Below, in pieces: positions 11,330 to 22,400 of a stretch of DNA of 64,000 nucleotides. A model generated the notes under the pieces. The model searched no databases. It had not been told where the DNA came from and saw only the letters and a list, made by a program, of their open reading frames with translations. The translations under genes and the position numbers were made by a program. Position 1 is the stretch's first letter, and each line of letters begins with the position of its first letter. This DNA comes from Naegleria gruberi (Eukaryota), in NCBI GenBank assembly GCA_000004985.1, contig GG738886.1. One strand, written 5' to 3'.

Positions 11330-11538
11330 ATTAATTTTTGACTCTATCTCCACTACTTAAGTTTTAATTTTTTCCTCATATGAATACTGGCATGTAATCA
11401 CCTATTTTACAATTTTCAAATCTTCATCTCCTAATTCCATAGAAAAAATAGTCAAAGGTTAAACTCTTTAATTTTTCTTTCAAAAAATAATGGATGAATT
11501 TTTTGGCGTATATCATTGGTACTGATTATTCTTGAAAA

Positions 11539-11545
11539 GGAAAAA
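11539..11545 (-). terminator. Pol III T-run (TTTTTCC on the minus strand) immediately 3' of the 5S-like gene
   Basis: The plus-strand ggaaaaa abuts the gene's 3' end. Confidence 0.4.
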
Positions 11546-11645
11546 GACTACAGCACCACAGGTTCCCAAGTTGTCTCCAACCTCAGTACTGATGTGGCTC
11601 GACGATGCTTAACTTCTCAAACGGGATGAGGTGCATTATGTAGCC
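11546..11645 (-). rRNA. 5S rRNA-like gene (100 nt; variant with shortened helix II / loop B region)
   Basis: Reverse complement: GGCTACATAATGCACCTCATCCCGTTTGAGAAGTTAAGCATCGTCGAGCCACATCAGTACTGAGGTTGGAGACAACTTGGGAACCTGTGGTGCTGTAGTC. It matches conserved 5S blocks (CATCCCGT, GAAGTTAAGC, AGTACT..GGAGAC, GGGAAyA, GTGCTGTAG). About 20 nt are missing relative to a canonical 120-nt 5S between the 5' GGCTAC and CATCCCG. Confidence 0.55.
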
Positions 11646-11764
11646 AATCATTATTTTAAAATCTTAATATTGAATAAGAAATGATTTGGATATTGTTTTA
11701 AATTTCTTTGAATCTGGTACTTGTAATTAAAATCTGGTATGATTGTGGATAAAACTACAATTTA

Positions 11765-13090
11765 TTAAGGTAAGAAAGTACCAGTTGCTTTTGTTGTTTG
11801 TGCCTTGATTGATTCCAAGATTGGTGTTAATTTGGCAGCCAATTTAGAAGGTTCCTTTCCATTTGCCTTTTTAGATTCTTCAACCAAAATAACCATATCG
11901 ACAGGAATGGAGATGATTGGTACCATACCTTTAATCATTAAACTGGTCAAACTCATAATACCTGTAGCACCATTTGTCAATCCACCACGACTATCCAATC
12001 CTTGGTGTCTATGACCAATAAGGGCATCAACAAATTGTACAACTCCAATAGTGTTTGAGCCAACAGAAATGGTACGAGTATCAATGTATGGATCAGTAAC
12101 TCTGTACTCGTAAATCTTTTTAATCATATCATTGACATATTGAGTATCCTTTGCCAAGAGTTCTTGAATTGCCTTTGCAGATTTCTTGGCATGTTTCCAT
12201 TCGACAACTGAGGCAACAACACTTGTGGTTGTACCAGCTCCAACACATCCAAGACCAGCTCCTGTAGCCAAAAGCGAACCTCCAAGTGTAAAAGGAGCTG
12301 CTACGATACCTCCCACAATCAATGAAGCACCAACAATGTTTGTGGCAGTACCACCAACTTTGGCCTTTGCTGTTTTCTTTTGTTTCTTATCCAATGCACA
12401 GATCATATCTTCAAGCATTTTAATGATTTCCATACGTTTCTTGAGCCATTCTCTGGCAGATTCTTCAACAGCAACCAATCTCATTGCTTGTATCATGTTG
12501 TTATTAATTGGTGGAGGAACAACAGTGGTTGTTTGTTGCACTACAGAAACAGGTGTCATTGGTGAGACAGTCTTTTCAACAGTTGTGGTTGTTTGTTGTA
12601 CAAATTGACCAGTTGGAGTCATTGGTTGGCCGAATTGAGATTGCATCATTTGAGGTTGTTGTTCCATGTATTGAGGATTCATACTTGGTTGTTGTGGATA
12701 GCCATGTTGCATCATTTGAGGTTGACCATATTGTGGAGGTTGTTGGTACATTCCTTGCTGTTGTGGATAACCTTGTTGGTATTGTTGATATTGTGGTTGT
12801 TGCATACCTGGTTGTTGAGGTTGTTGAGGTTGTTGTTGGTATTGTTGTGGTTGCATACCTTGTTGTTGTGGATAGCCTTGTTGTGATTGCATCATTTGAG
12901 GTTGACCATACTGGGATTGTTGCATACCTTGTTGTTGTGGATACATTCCTTGTTGAGGTTGTTGTGGATAACCTTGTTGAGGAGGGTATTGTTGATATTG
13001 TGGTTGTTGGACTCCAGGTTGACCATATTGTGGAGGTTGTTGCATACCTGGTTGAGGAGTTTGTGGAGAGTATTGTTGTGGTTGGTGCAT
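11765..13090 (-). CDS. ApoL-like protein B with prion-like Q/P-rich N-terminal extension, 441 aa, single exon
   Basis: ATG at 13090 in acaaaacaaaATG context. N-terminal about 165 aa are Q/P/Y/G repeats ([13 protein letters not shown]...). This is followed by [74 protein letters not shown] and [27 protein letters not shown], paralogous to 8206..9210 and ApoL-like. Confidence 0.65.
   Translation of the reverse strand: MHQPQQYSPQTPQPGMQQPPQYGQPGVQQPQYQQYPPQQGYPQQPQQGMYPQQQGMQQSQYGQPQMMQSQQGYPQQQGMQPQQYQQQPQQPQQPGMQQPQYQQYQQGYPQQQGMYQQPPQYGQPQMMQHGYPQQPSMNPQYMEQQPQMMQSQFGQPMTPTGQFVQQTTTTVEKTVSPMTPVSVVQQTTTVVPPPINNNMIQAMRLVAVEESAREWLKKRMEIIKMLEDMICALDKKQKKTAKAKVGGTATNIVGASLIVGGIVAAPFTLGGSLLATGAGLGCVGAGTTTSVVASVVEWKHAKKSAKAIQELLAKDTQYVNDMIKKIYEYRVTDPYIDTRTISVGSNTIGVVQFVDALIGHRHQGLDSRGGLTNGATGIMSLTSLMIKGMVPIISIPVDMVILVEESKKANGKEPSKLAAKLTPILESIKAQTTKATGTFLP
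12600..13085. repeat. Coding low-complexity CAA/CCA(TTG/TGG)-rich repeat encoding the Q/P-rich domain of ApoL-like B
   Basis: Degenerate tandem repeats of ttgttg/tggttg on the plus strand. They generate spurious antisense ORFs (12508..13143 etc.). Confidence 0.6.
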
Positions 13091-13564
13091 TTTGTTTTGT
13101 GTTGAAAAATTATATGACTCAAGTCTGTTATTTAGCCTGTTGATTCGTATGAATTCTTTGGTCCGTTGTAACATTCGGAATGTCATTGTCCAATAAAAAT
13201 ACAATGAGAAAGTGACAGAAACAAGTTGCAAAATACAATTGTGGCAATTCAAATATGATTTGTGTGTTAATTGCCAAAAAGTCGAATTATTGTCTTACGA
13301 AAGGAAACATATGCATGTTACTTGGTTGATTTGATCAAGAAAATTGGCAATTCACATCCAAATGTGATTTGATAACTTGTTTGTGCATTCTAAAAGTATT
13401 CTGTTGTATCAACCAAGTTGCTGTTGTAAAGTCTAACTACAGTCAGAGTTGGTTTTAATTGAAGTTTTCCCATAATCCACGTACAGATTTCTTTTTAATT
13501 GCATATGGCACTTCCAAAGCTCCTCTCAATACTTTCAGAATATCAATTCCCATACTAACAAGTT

Positions 13565-14658
13565 TTAGTTTAAATCAAATATACTAGTAACTACGTACAA
13601 TATCCCAATAATACCTGCAATTTGTCCTAGTAGTCCTTCTATTGATGATGTAACCACCTCTTGAATCTTATTCTCATTCAATGAAGAATAGGCAACTGAA
13701 ATTACCACAACATGAGGATCAATCTCAGTCAATTCGACAATGGACAATAACGAATCCCATCTTACAAAAACTGTATCTGGATTTTCTACTGAGGGTTTCA
13801 GTGTTTCTGTCAAAACTTTGGTCAAGATGAAATAATTGTCAACCCCAGAAATGGCAAAATTAGTTTCTGAGAAAACTTTTGGAATGGTTCCAGGCTCATG
13901 GAAGCTTACTTGTAGACCGAATCGTGTATCTCTTTCTATTGGAACAGGAGGAACACTAAAATAGAATGAAATAGTACCAGCATATCCCGTCGCGTTGGCT
14001 TTTTGAAAGCTTAATATCAAAGATTAATAAACTACACATACCTGCAAGAAGAGATGATCCATTGTTGAATACATAGCATGAGAATAATTGACCATTCTGA
14101 AAGATGGTTACAAAATCATACGGAATTTCAAAAGTTTCAACAATTCCCAGCTCACCATTCACTTTGGAAATTAAACTTTAAGGTTAAATTACAATAGCTA
14201 CAATCAACCATAGCATTCCAGTTGCATATCGAAATGGCTGGAAAGTACAATGGCACCGACTCTACAAAGGATGTTGATGTTGTTGGATTGTTTTGAGAAG
14301 TGATGAATTGCTGAGAGGCATCTACACTATACCAAATGCATAGGGCAATTGAGATGAACCAGCCAATAATTGTTATCACTTCTCCAATAGTAAAAGGACA
14401 ACTAGCTAGCAGCCTAATGGTGGATGTCTTATTTTTCAAATCCTTCTCTTCAAAATTCGAGAAAGCTATAGGCATTGTCTTGTAATCTTTTCCTTCATCT
14501 TGATTGGTTTGATAATGCACCTGTCTGTTTCCTTCATTAACATTCATCGATGGTTGTTCCTCCTCTTGTATGTTGTTTTGTTCTACGATATTGTCATTCC
14601 GAATGATAGTATTATCAACAACATCGTCATCATGGTGAGGTTGAATTTGTTGGGACAT
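13565..14658 (-). CDS. ENaC/degenerin/ASIC-family-like channel subunit, about 336 aa, 3 exons (14658..14202, 14161..14042, 13998..13565; introns 14162..14201 of 40 nt GTAGCT..AAAG and 13999..14041 of 43 nt GTATGT..AAAG)
   Basis: TM1 is followed by PLYFPAISICNWN (family signature FPAVTxC). The spliced exon 2 gives NGELGIVETFEIPYDF...FSCYVFNNG (compare ASIC AGELLALLNNRYEIPD...GKCYTFNSG). Exon 3 has GLQVSFHEPGTIP...FAISGVDNYFIL (palm-like). It ends with EGLLGQIAGIIGILYVVTSIFDLN (compare TM2 [27 protein letters not shown]). Three ORF-track ORFs in different frames are reconciled by two short introns. Confidence 0.6.
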
Positions 14659-14733
14659 TTTATTGTAGTTGGATGGCGCGGAGCAATTGCATTATTTGGT
14701 ATCATGTGAAGTTTGCAAGTTTTCCACTTGTTG

Positions 14734-15763
14734 TTAGTTGTACAAGAGCACACCCAAATCATCAACAACCAACAGCTCACCACTATGAACATTCAAACAA
14801 CAACCAGACAATCCATAAGGTCTACAGGTATGTCTGAGCGAGAAGGAATAATCAAATCTGTGCCTCACGACAAGAGTGTTACTAGCCTTGCAAGAGATGA
14901 TGATAAAGTCTCTATCAATGGTAATGTTCAGCCATATTTTAGAGTTTACCTCCTCCTCAACTGTGAATATCTTGACTAATTCATCATCCCGAATGCACAA
15001 TACTGTGTTGCAGGTTGTGATGAAACATTCACCAACATCATTGAAAGCTAGGGACAGAGGATCTATCAATTTAACAATACCTATTGATGAGAATGTAGAA
15101 ACAAGTGTGCCATCGATTGGATTTAGTTTGACAACTCTATTGTTGCCCGTATCACAAACAAATAATGTAGATTTGTTGTTATTATCATAGTAGTCATCAT
15201 CATCAAATGGAATGCCAAACCCTTCATTGCCAGCAAACTCACATGATGAATTTCCTCGAGGGGATTTACCATGATGGTACATGGCAATACCATTCAGAAA
15301 TTTACCATTAAACCTGCTGGTCCACACGGGTGAGTGATTGGAGGTTGATAATTGTTCCTTGATATTGTACTTTAATACCTTATCATTTCTGGTGGTTACA
15401 TATAAATCATCATCGCCATCAATACACATACGCACAGGGCTGGCAAATACCTTGAGTGTGTCGGTACTCTTTCGAATGAAGGTCAAAGAATTGAATTCTC
15501 TTATTGCCACAATCACAGACGAGAATCAAGTTGTGCCACTGTGAGACTTTTACATCTGATGCAAAGTAAAATCTCTGATTGTCTCCTCCGCTATATTCTG
15601 TGCCAAGCTGACCAATTTGATTGAATTGGTAGGAGTAAGTTGGTTTTTGTTGTGGGCCGAGTTGTTGTTTCAACTTGGAAAGCAGCAGCGAAATTGATGG
15701 AGTTGATTGGACAGCATCATCCGGATGAAATATAAAAAATGTATCTACAAAACTGTTGGACAT
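14734..15763 (-). CDS. NHL-repeat protein (about 340 aa) with a frame discontinuity near 15440..15470
   Basis: NHL motifs LILVCDCGNKRIQFFD (ORF 15419..15838 frame) and RMCIDGDDDLYVTTRNDKVLKYN, LFVCDTGNNRVVKLN (ORF 14734..15516 frame). The two frames overlap by about 100 nt with no canonical intron of 30 nt or more between them. The ATG at 15763 is in aataaaATG context. Confidence 0.5.
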
Positions 15764-16423
15764 TTTATTAGAATGTTGAAGTAAATGTATGTAATGGAAC
15801 GTACCTAAAGCATCGTGATATTGAATGTTTTTTTTCAAAATTACTTTTTAATTTTTCTTTTATTTTTCAAATTTTAAAGTTTAACGGTAAATATGGGAGG
15901 TGCTGAGATTATTTTTGTTGGTAAAACCAAACAACGTTGCAATTCTCTAAAACCGATTCAATCATCATCTTGCTATACAATCACAAAGAACTCAATTCAA
16001 GGTTTAATTCATCATTAATTAAATTGAAATACCAAATGCAAGTTTTGATAGGACTTCCATTCAATGATTTACTGTTTCGACTTGCTATAGTAATCCTATA
16101 TCCCATTAAGGAATTTGGACCCCTCGTTTATCTCTCTTAATCCCATTCGGAAAGCAATCACCAAAACAACCTGAGAAACTAAGCTTTTGATCCTTAAGGA
16201 AAGCCTCAATTTCAAAAAAATTGGTGTAAGAAGAGACAGGGAGAGAATGCGATTCTTTTTGAAAAATCCAAATACTGGATATTATGATAAGGGGGCATCT
16301 ATATGTTTGTCCTTATCGGCCTTATTAGCAAGGTTGTTATCCTTATCATCATTATCTTTATTTTCAACATCAGGATTAATATCCTTAAAAAGTTGTGGTG
16401 ATGAGGAATTTTCTTCTATTAAG

Positions 16424-19400
16424 ATGCTATCATCATCACCGTCATCATTAACAAGTTTAAATAATTCTAATGGGATAAGAACAAGATCAAAGTATCATTC
16501 TTCATCATCCCTTGTACTTTTATTCATCATTATTTCAATGATACTAGTTTCATGTTTCATGTGTGAACCAATTCAGGCCATCTCTTGTAGTGGAATAGAT
16601 TCCAACGACCTCACTGCTTGCTCTGGGATGGGGACTTGTATTCAGGATGAAACATGCCAATGCCTTAACGGATATTCAGGCGCTAATTGTGAGTATGTGG
16701 AGTGTTTTGGAGTTACAAATGAACCTGGTAATGAGGTTTGCTCTCGTCACGGGCAGTGTTCATCACCAGACAATTGTCAATGCGATTCTGGGTATTATGG
16801 CTCTACATGTTCCATCACAACTTGTTTTGAGAAGTGGAGTAACTTGTCGAATAGCAACAACATTTGCTCTGGGCATGGTACTTGTTCATCATTGGACGTT
16901 TGTGAATGTAATGCTGGATACTTTGGTAGCGAATGTGAAAAGGATCTTTTCGCTGGGTACAAACTAATTAGTATTAGCCCAGTAGTGATAGCAAAAAATT
17001 CACCTGACAATGTTGAATTGAAAGCAAGTATTGCCCTTCCTTCAATGGTTCTATCCTCTGCCTACTCACACGATGGTTCACAACCTTTACCATTTGTTGT
17101 TTCCAACTCTACAACTTCTATTGTTATTACAGATACGGTAAATGATGCTTTTGGTCAATTGTTAGTTCAGGAAGCAGATAGAAAAGCAGGTGAACTTTAC
17201 AATCTTCCATGTGATTTTAACATTTCCAATCCCGACCAAGAACTCAATAGTTTGACCATCATTAGAAATGGTGGAGTCTATTGTTTTCCAAATGGTGTAA
17301 CTATAAGAGGACACACATTTATTATTGTCGGTACAGAAACAGTCCTTTTCAAATCTCCTTTTGTATATTATTATGGAGCTTCCTTTTACTATCTGGAATG
17401 TGCCTCCTATAGGAACGTTTTCTGGTTAACCTATGACCAAGGAGATAATGGAAACTTCTTTTCTGGAGATATTCATGGAACTGTTATTGGAATTTCTCCT
17501 TATCATGGAATTCAACTTTACGATAACTTGGTGGGGGCTGTATGGTACACTGGTGGAACAGATATGATTCTATTCGATGTGAATATTTTACCACCAATAA
17601 CCTTCAATTCAAATGAAAGTTTTAGTCGAGATGATTGCATGGAAACAAGTTGTTATGGAATTTCATTCCGATTGAATAATACTTGCTTTGGAAGAGGTCA
17701 TTGTGTGAAGAATGATACTTGTTTGTGCAATACGGATTCATACGGAAGTAATTGTTTAATTTCAATTTGTAATGGTGTCTACGGAAATGAAACCAATGTA
17801 TGTAGTGGTCATGGTGAATGCCAAAGTAAGGACAGTTGTGAGTGCGAAAGTGGTTATTATGGAAATTGGTGTGAATTGACCACATGTTTTGGAGTCCAGA
17901 ATGACCAGCCGAATACTTGTAATGGGCATGGATTGTGTTCCAAATTGGATACTTGTGAATGTGCTTCTGGTTTTGGATATGGTGGTTCAAGTTGTGAAAT
18001 TCCAATCTGTAATGGAACTATGGCTAATGAAAGTAGTGTTTGTCTATCAAGAGGTCATTGTGTCCAACCAAATATGTGTAGTTGCCAATCAAGTTATTCA
18101 GGGTCAAACTGTGAAATTGCTAATTGTTTTGGAATTATTTCAAATGACAGCTCAGTTTGTTCTGGTCATGGGTCTTGTAATTCTGTAGATACTTGCACTT
18201 GTTCCATTGAATACTACGGAGCCGATTGCTCACAATTTGATTGTTATGGCATTCAATCAGTGAATAGTTCTGTTTGTTATGGAAGAGGACAATGTATTAA
18301 TGTTAATACTTGTTCATGTTCACAAGGATACTATGGCAATGAATGTGAAATCTCCATGTGTGATGGTATTTTGGGCAATTCCTCCCAAGTTTGTTCTAGT
18401 TATGGACAATGCAAGGATACGGATGTGTGTGATTGCCAATTGGGCTATTTTGGTGTGTTTTGTAATGAAACAACATGTAATAGTATAGCAATGAATGACT
18501 CAACAGTATGTAATGGACAGGGAACTTGTTGGCCATTGGACACATGTGTTTGCTCCAATGGATATGATGGCTCTAATTGTCAAAATCCTATTTGCTTTGG
18601 AATTGTTTCCACTAATACCTCTGTTTGTGGAGGTCATGGAGTTTGTTCGCAACCAAATATTTGTCAATGCAACCAGGGATATTACGGATCCCAATGTGAA
18701 ATAGTCACCTGTTCTGGTATCATGTCAAATGGATCAACAGTGTGTTCAGGACAAGGGCAGTGTTCTGATATGGACATATGCCAATGCAACAACCATTACT
18801 ATGGATCTAATTGTGAAAAGTTTGATTGCTTTGGTGTATCCTCTCTCTTAAACACCTCATGCTCTGGTCATGGTACATGTCTTGATTACAATACTTGCCA
18901 ATGTTACTCTGATTATTATGGAAATAATTGTGATGTTACCAAATGTTATGGTATTTTCAGTAATTCATCCAATGTTTGTTCATCTAAGGGAAGTTGCCAT
19001 GTACGAGATACTTGTATCTGTTCGAATAATTACCACGGTTCTTATTGTAACATAACAAGTTGTAATGGAGTTTATTCTAATGATGCTTCAGTTTGTTCCG
19101 GTCATGGTTCATGTATTGGGTACGACACTTGTCAATGTTTGAGCGATTATTCTGGAAGTAATTGTCAAGGAGAAATAGTTGACCCATTTGCTGGATTTAG
19201 AATTATTTCAGATTCTTCAGTTTCAATTTCTATTGATTATTTCCTGACAGATTGGCAACCAGTTTTGCAATCCTATACTCGTTACTATGCCTCAAGTTTA
19301 CTTCTTAAAAGTATTTCCTATTTGGATTCAAATATTCAATATCTTCCACATTCGAGTGCAGTTATTCTAAACAGCACAAGTGCACAGGGCATCAATATTG

Positions 19401-22400
19401 TCAACAAGATGAAAACCATCAAGTCCCAGTTATTGGCTTCATTAACCTGCACTAAAACTTACACAAACACTAACTCTCCAAATACTTTTATAATCAAACA
19501 TGGAGGTGTAATTTGTTTCACAGGAGGAATGACATTCGGGCCAGAAAGAACTATTATCATTGTGGGAACAGAGCCTGTCATATTCAAACTCCCATCCTTG
19601 CAGTATAGTGCTCTTAATATTGTTTTTTTGGAATGTGCCTCATATAGAAACTTTTTCTGGATTTTGGATTCAAATAGTTTTATTAAGGGAGCAGATAAAA
19701 CAAAGAATTATCAACCACCAATTCATGGAACATTTATTCAACTCTCTGGAACTATTTCTTTGAGAGGTTACCTTGCAGGTAGTGTATGTGCTTCGAACAT
19801 CAATACTCTTCTCCACGAAGTCACATTTTATGATCCAACCACTTTTGACCCTTTCCAAAGTGTCACTTCACAATGTAATTACACCCTCTGTTACAACATT
19901 CTATCAAATAATCAATCAGTGTGTTCAGGTAAAGGTAATTGTTCTGATTACAACACTTGTGTTTGTAATACGGATAGTTATGGATCTGATTGTTCTTTAT
20001 TTAAGTGTAACGGAATTTTGAGTTCAAACTCAACTTTTGTTTGTAATGGAAGAGGTAAATGTGTAGGGCCAGATGTCTGTTCCTGTAATCCAGGTTATTA
20101 TGGAGATTTTTGTGAGCTGACCACATGTAATGGAATTGAAAATACCTCGCCTCTTGTTTGTAATGGAAGAGGTGCCTGTAATCATTTCAATAGCTGTTCC
20201 TGTAGCTCTACATTTGGGTATGGTGGATCAGATTGCGATATTCCAATTTGCTATCAAAAACTTGCAACCAATCGTTTAGTTTGTAGCTCAAGAGGTGATT
20301 GCTTGGGACCAAATGTTTGTAATTGTACCGAAACTTATCTTGGTGATAATTGTCAACTGACCACTTGTGCTGATATACTTTCAAACTCTTCTCTTGTTTG
20401 TTCAGGCTTTGGATCATGTGTTGGCTATAACAATTGCACCTGTCATACAGGTTTCTATGGAGAAACTTGTGCAGAATATGATTGTTTCGGAGTTAATAAG
20501 AATAATCCAAATGTTTGCTCTTCAAAAGGCGAATGTATTACTGTTAATAACTGCACATGTCAAGATGGCTTTTTGGGTAATAATTGTTCCTACACTACTT
20601 GCTTTGGAGTAAGAAGTGATTCGCCTACAGTTTGTAATTCGAAAGGTTCCTGTAGAGCCAAAGATGTTTGTGAATGTTGGAATGGATATTTCGGAAGTAA
20701 TTGTACTCTGACAAGTTGTGGAGGGATCTATTCAAATGATAGCTCTGTGTGTAATGGACATGGTTCTTGTTGGCCAGCGGAAACCTGCACTTGTTTATCT
20801 CAATATGGATATACAGGTCAATTGTGTGAAATTCCAATTTGTTATACCATAGCAGCTAGTGATCCTTTAACCTGTTCTTCTCATGGCTCCTGTGTTGGTG
20901 TCAATACATGTGAGTGCCAAGCAAATTATACTGGATCCAAGTGTCAAGTTACATCATGTCAAGGAATTCTATCAAACGGCTCACTTGTTTGTTCTGGGCA
21001 TGGTTCATGTATTGAACATGATAATTGTACATGCCTAGCTGGTTACTTTGATACCGCCTGTAATCAATTCACATGTAATGGAACCAACTCCCAAGACAGC
21101 TCAGTTTGCTCTGGAAAAGGAAGTTGCGATTCATATAATAATTGTTCTTGTCAAGCGGGCTATTATGGACCTAATTGTGAAAAGACAATGTGTAATAACA
21201 TTTTGAGTGATAATCCATCTGTGTGTACATCTCGTGGTAATTGTATTGCCCCAGAAGTTTGCAGTTGTAATGAGACTTATTTTGGTACTAATTGTGAGTT
21301 GACTACTTGCAATGGAACTGTTTCAAATAGCAGCTCGGTATGTTCAGGATCAGGAGTTTGTTGGCCATTCGATACCTGCACTTGTTACTCTGACTTGGTC
21401 AGAGAATTCGAAGGTCAATGGTGTGAAAAACGTTTGTGGGATCCTTTCGCTGGATATCGAATGGTATCTCACAATGGTTTAGTTTACCATTTTGATGATA
21501 ACAACAATTTCTACACTCCTGATATTCATACCAATACTAGATATTATCGTTCAAGTATGATTTTAGATATACTTACAAAGATAACACCTACACTCAATTA
21601 CACATCTGATAATGGAGCTCACATTGATAGTGTTAATACTCCCAAAGCATCAGCCTTGGCTGCACTTATGAAAAAGAAAGGTAATTCCATGTGGACACTT
21701 CCATGTACTAAAACAGTTAACAATTCAAGTGATTTGCCATGGATTAGTAAGAGTGAAATTATGATTCGTCACGGAGGTGTTTTCTGTTTCAATATTGAAG
21801 CTTCTTTTCACAACAATATAACCATTATCATAGTTGGAGCTGAACCTGTTGTTATGAAAGTTCCTTCAATTCAATACTCTGCAGTCAACTTTGTATTTGC
21901 AGAATGTGCTTCTTATAGAAATTTGTTTTGGTTTATCACAAGTTATAATCCAAGTTTCATTCAAGGAGGAAATAGAGGGACTGGATATGAGCCTCCAATT
22001 TATGGAACTTTCTTCCCAACCTCAGGTGGTTCCTTCCAACTTGCTGGTCCTTTTGCAGGAAGTGTTTGGGTAACCGGTAATGCATGGACTGTTTTTATTG
22101 ATGTTACTGTTTATCCACCATTGTCAACTGATCCATATGAACCAACAGTTGGTCAATTTTGTAATTATACTCAATGTTTCAATGTTAAATCTAATTTGAA
22201 TACTACATGTTCCGGTAGAGGTCAGTGCATTGATTATAATACATGTGTTTGCAATGCCGATGCTTATGGAGTTGATTGTTCAATCTCCAAGTGTAATGGC
22301 ACATTTAGTAATGTATCAACTGTTTGTAATGGACATGGTTCATGTATCGCTAAAGATACTTGCCAATGTAATACAGGATACTATGGAGAATGGTGTCAAT

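Noticed and set aside
12186-13143. Plus-strand ORFs (12186..12608, 12508..13143, 12593..12886, 12887..13105) with L/V/W-rich translations
   Set aside because: They are antisense or alternate-frame readings of the CAA/CCA repeat encoding the Q/P-rich domain of the minus-strand ApoL-like gene. The composition is non-protein-like.
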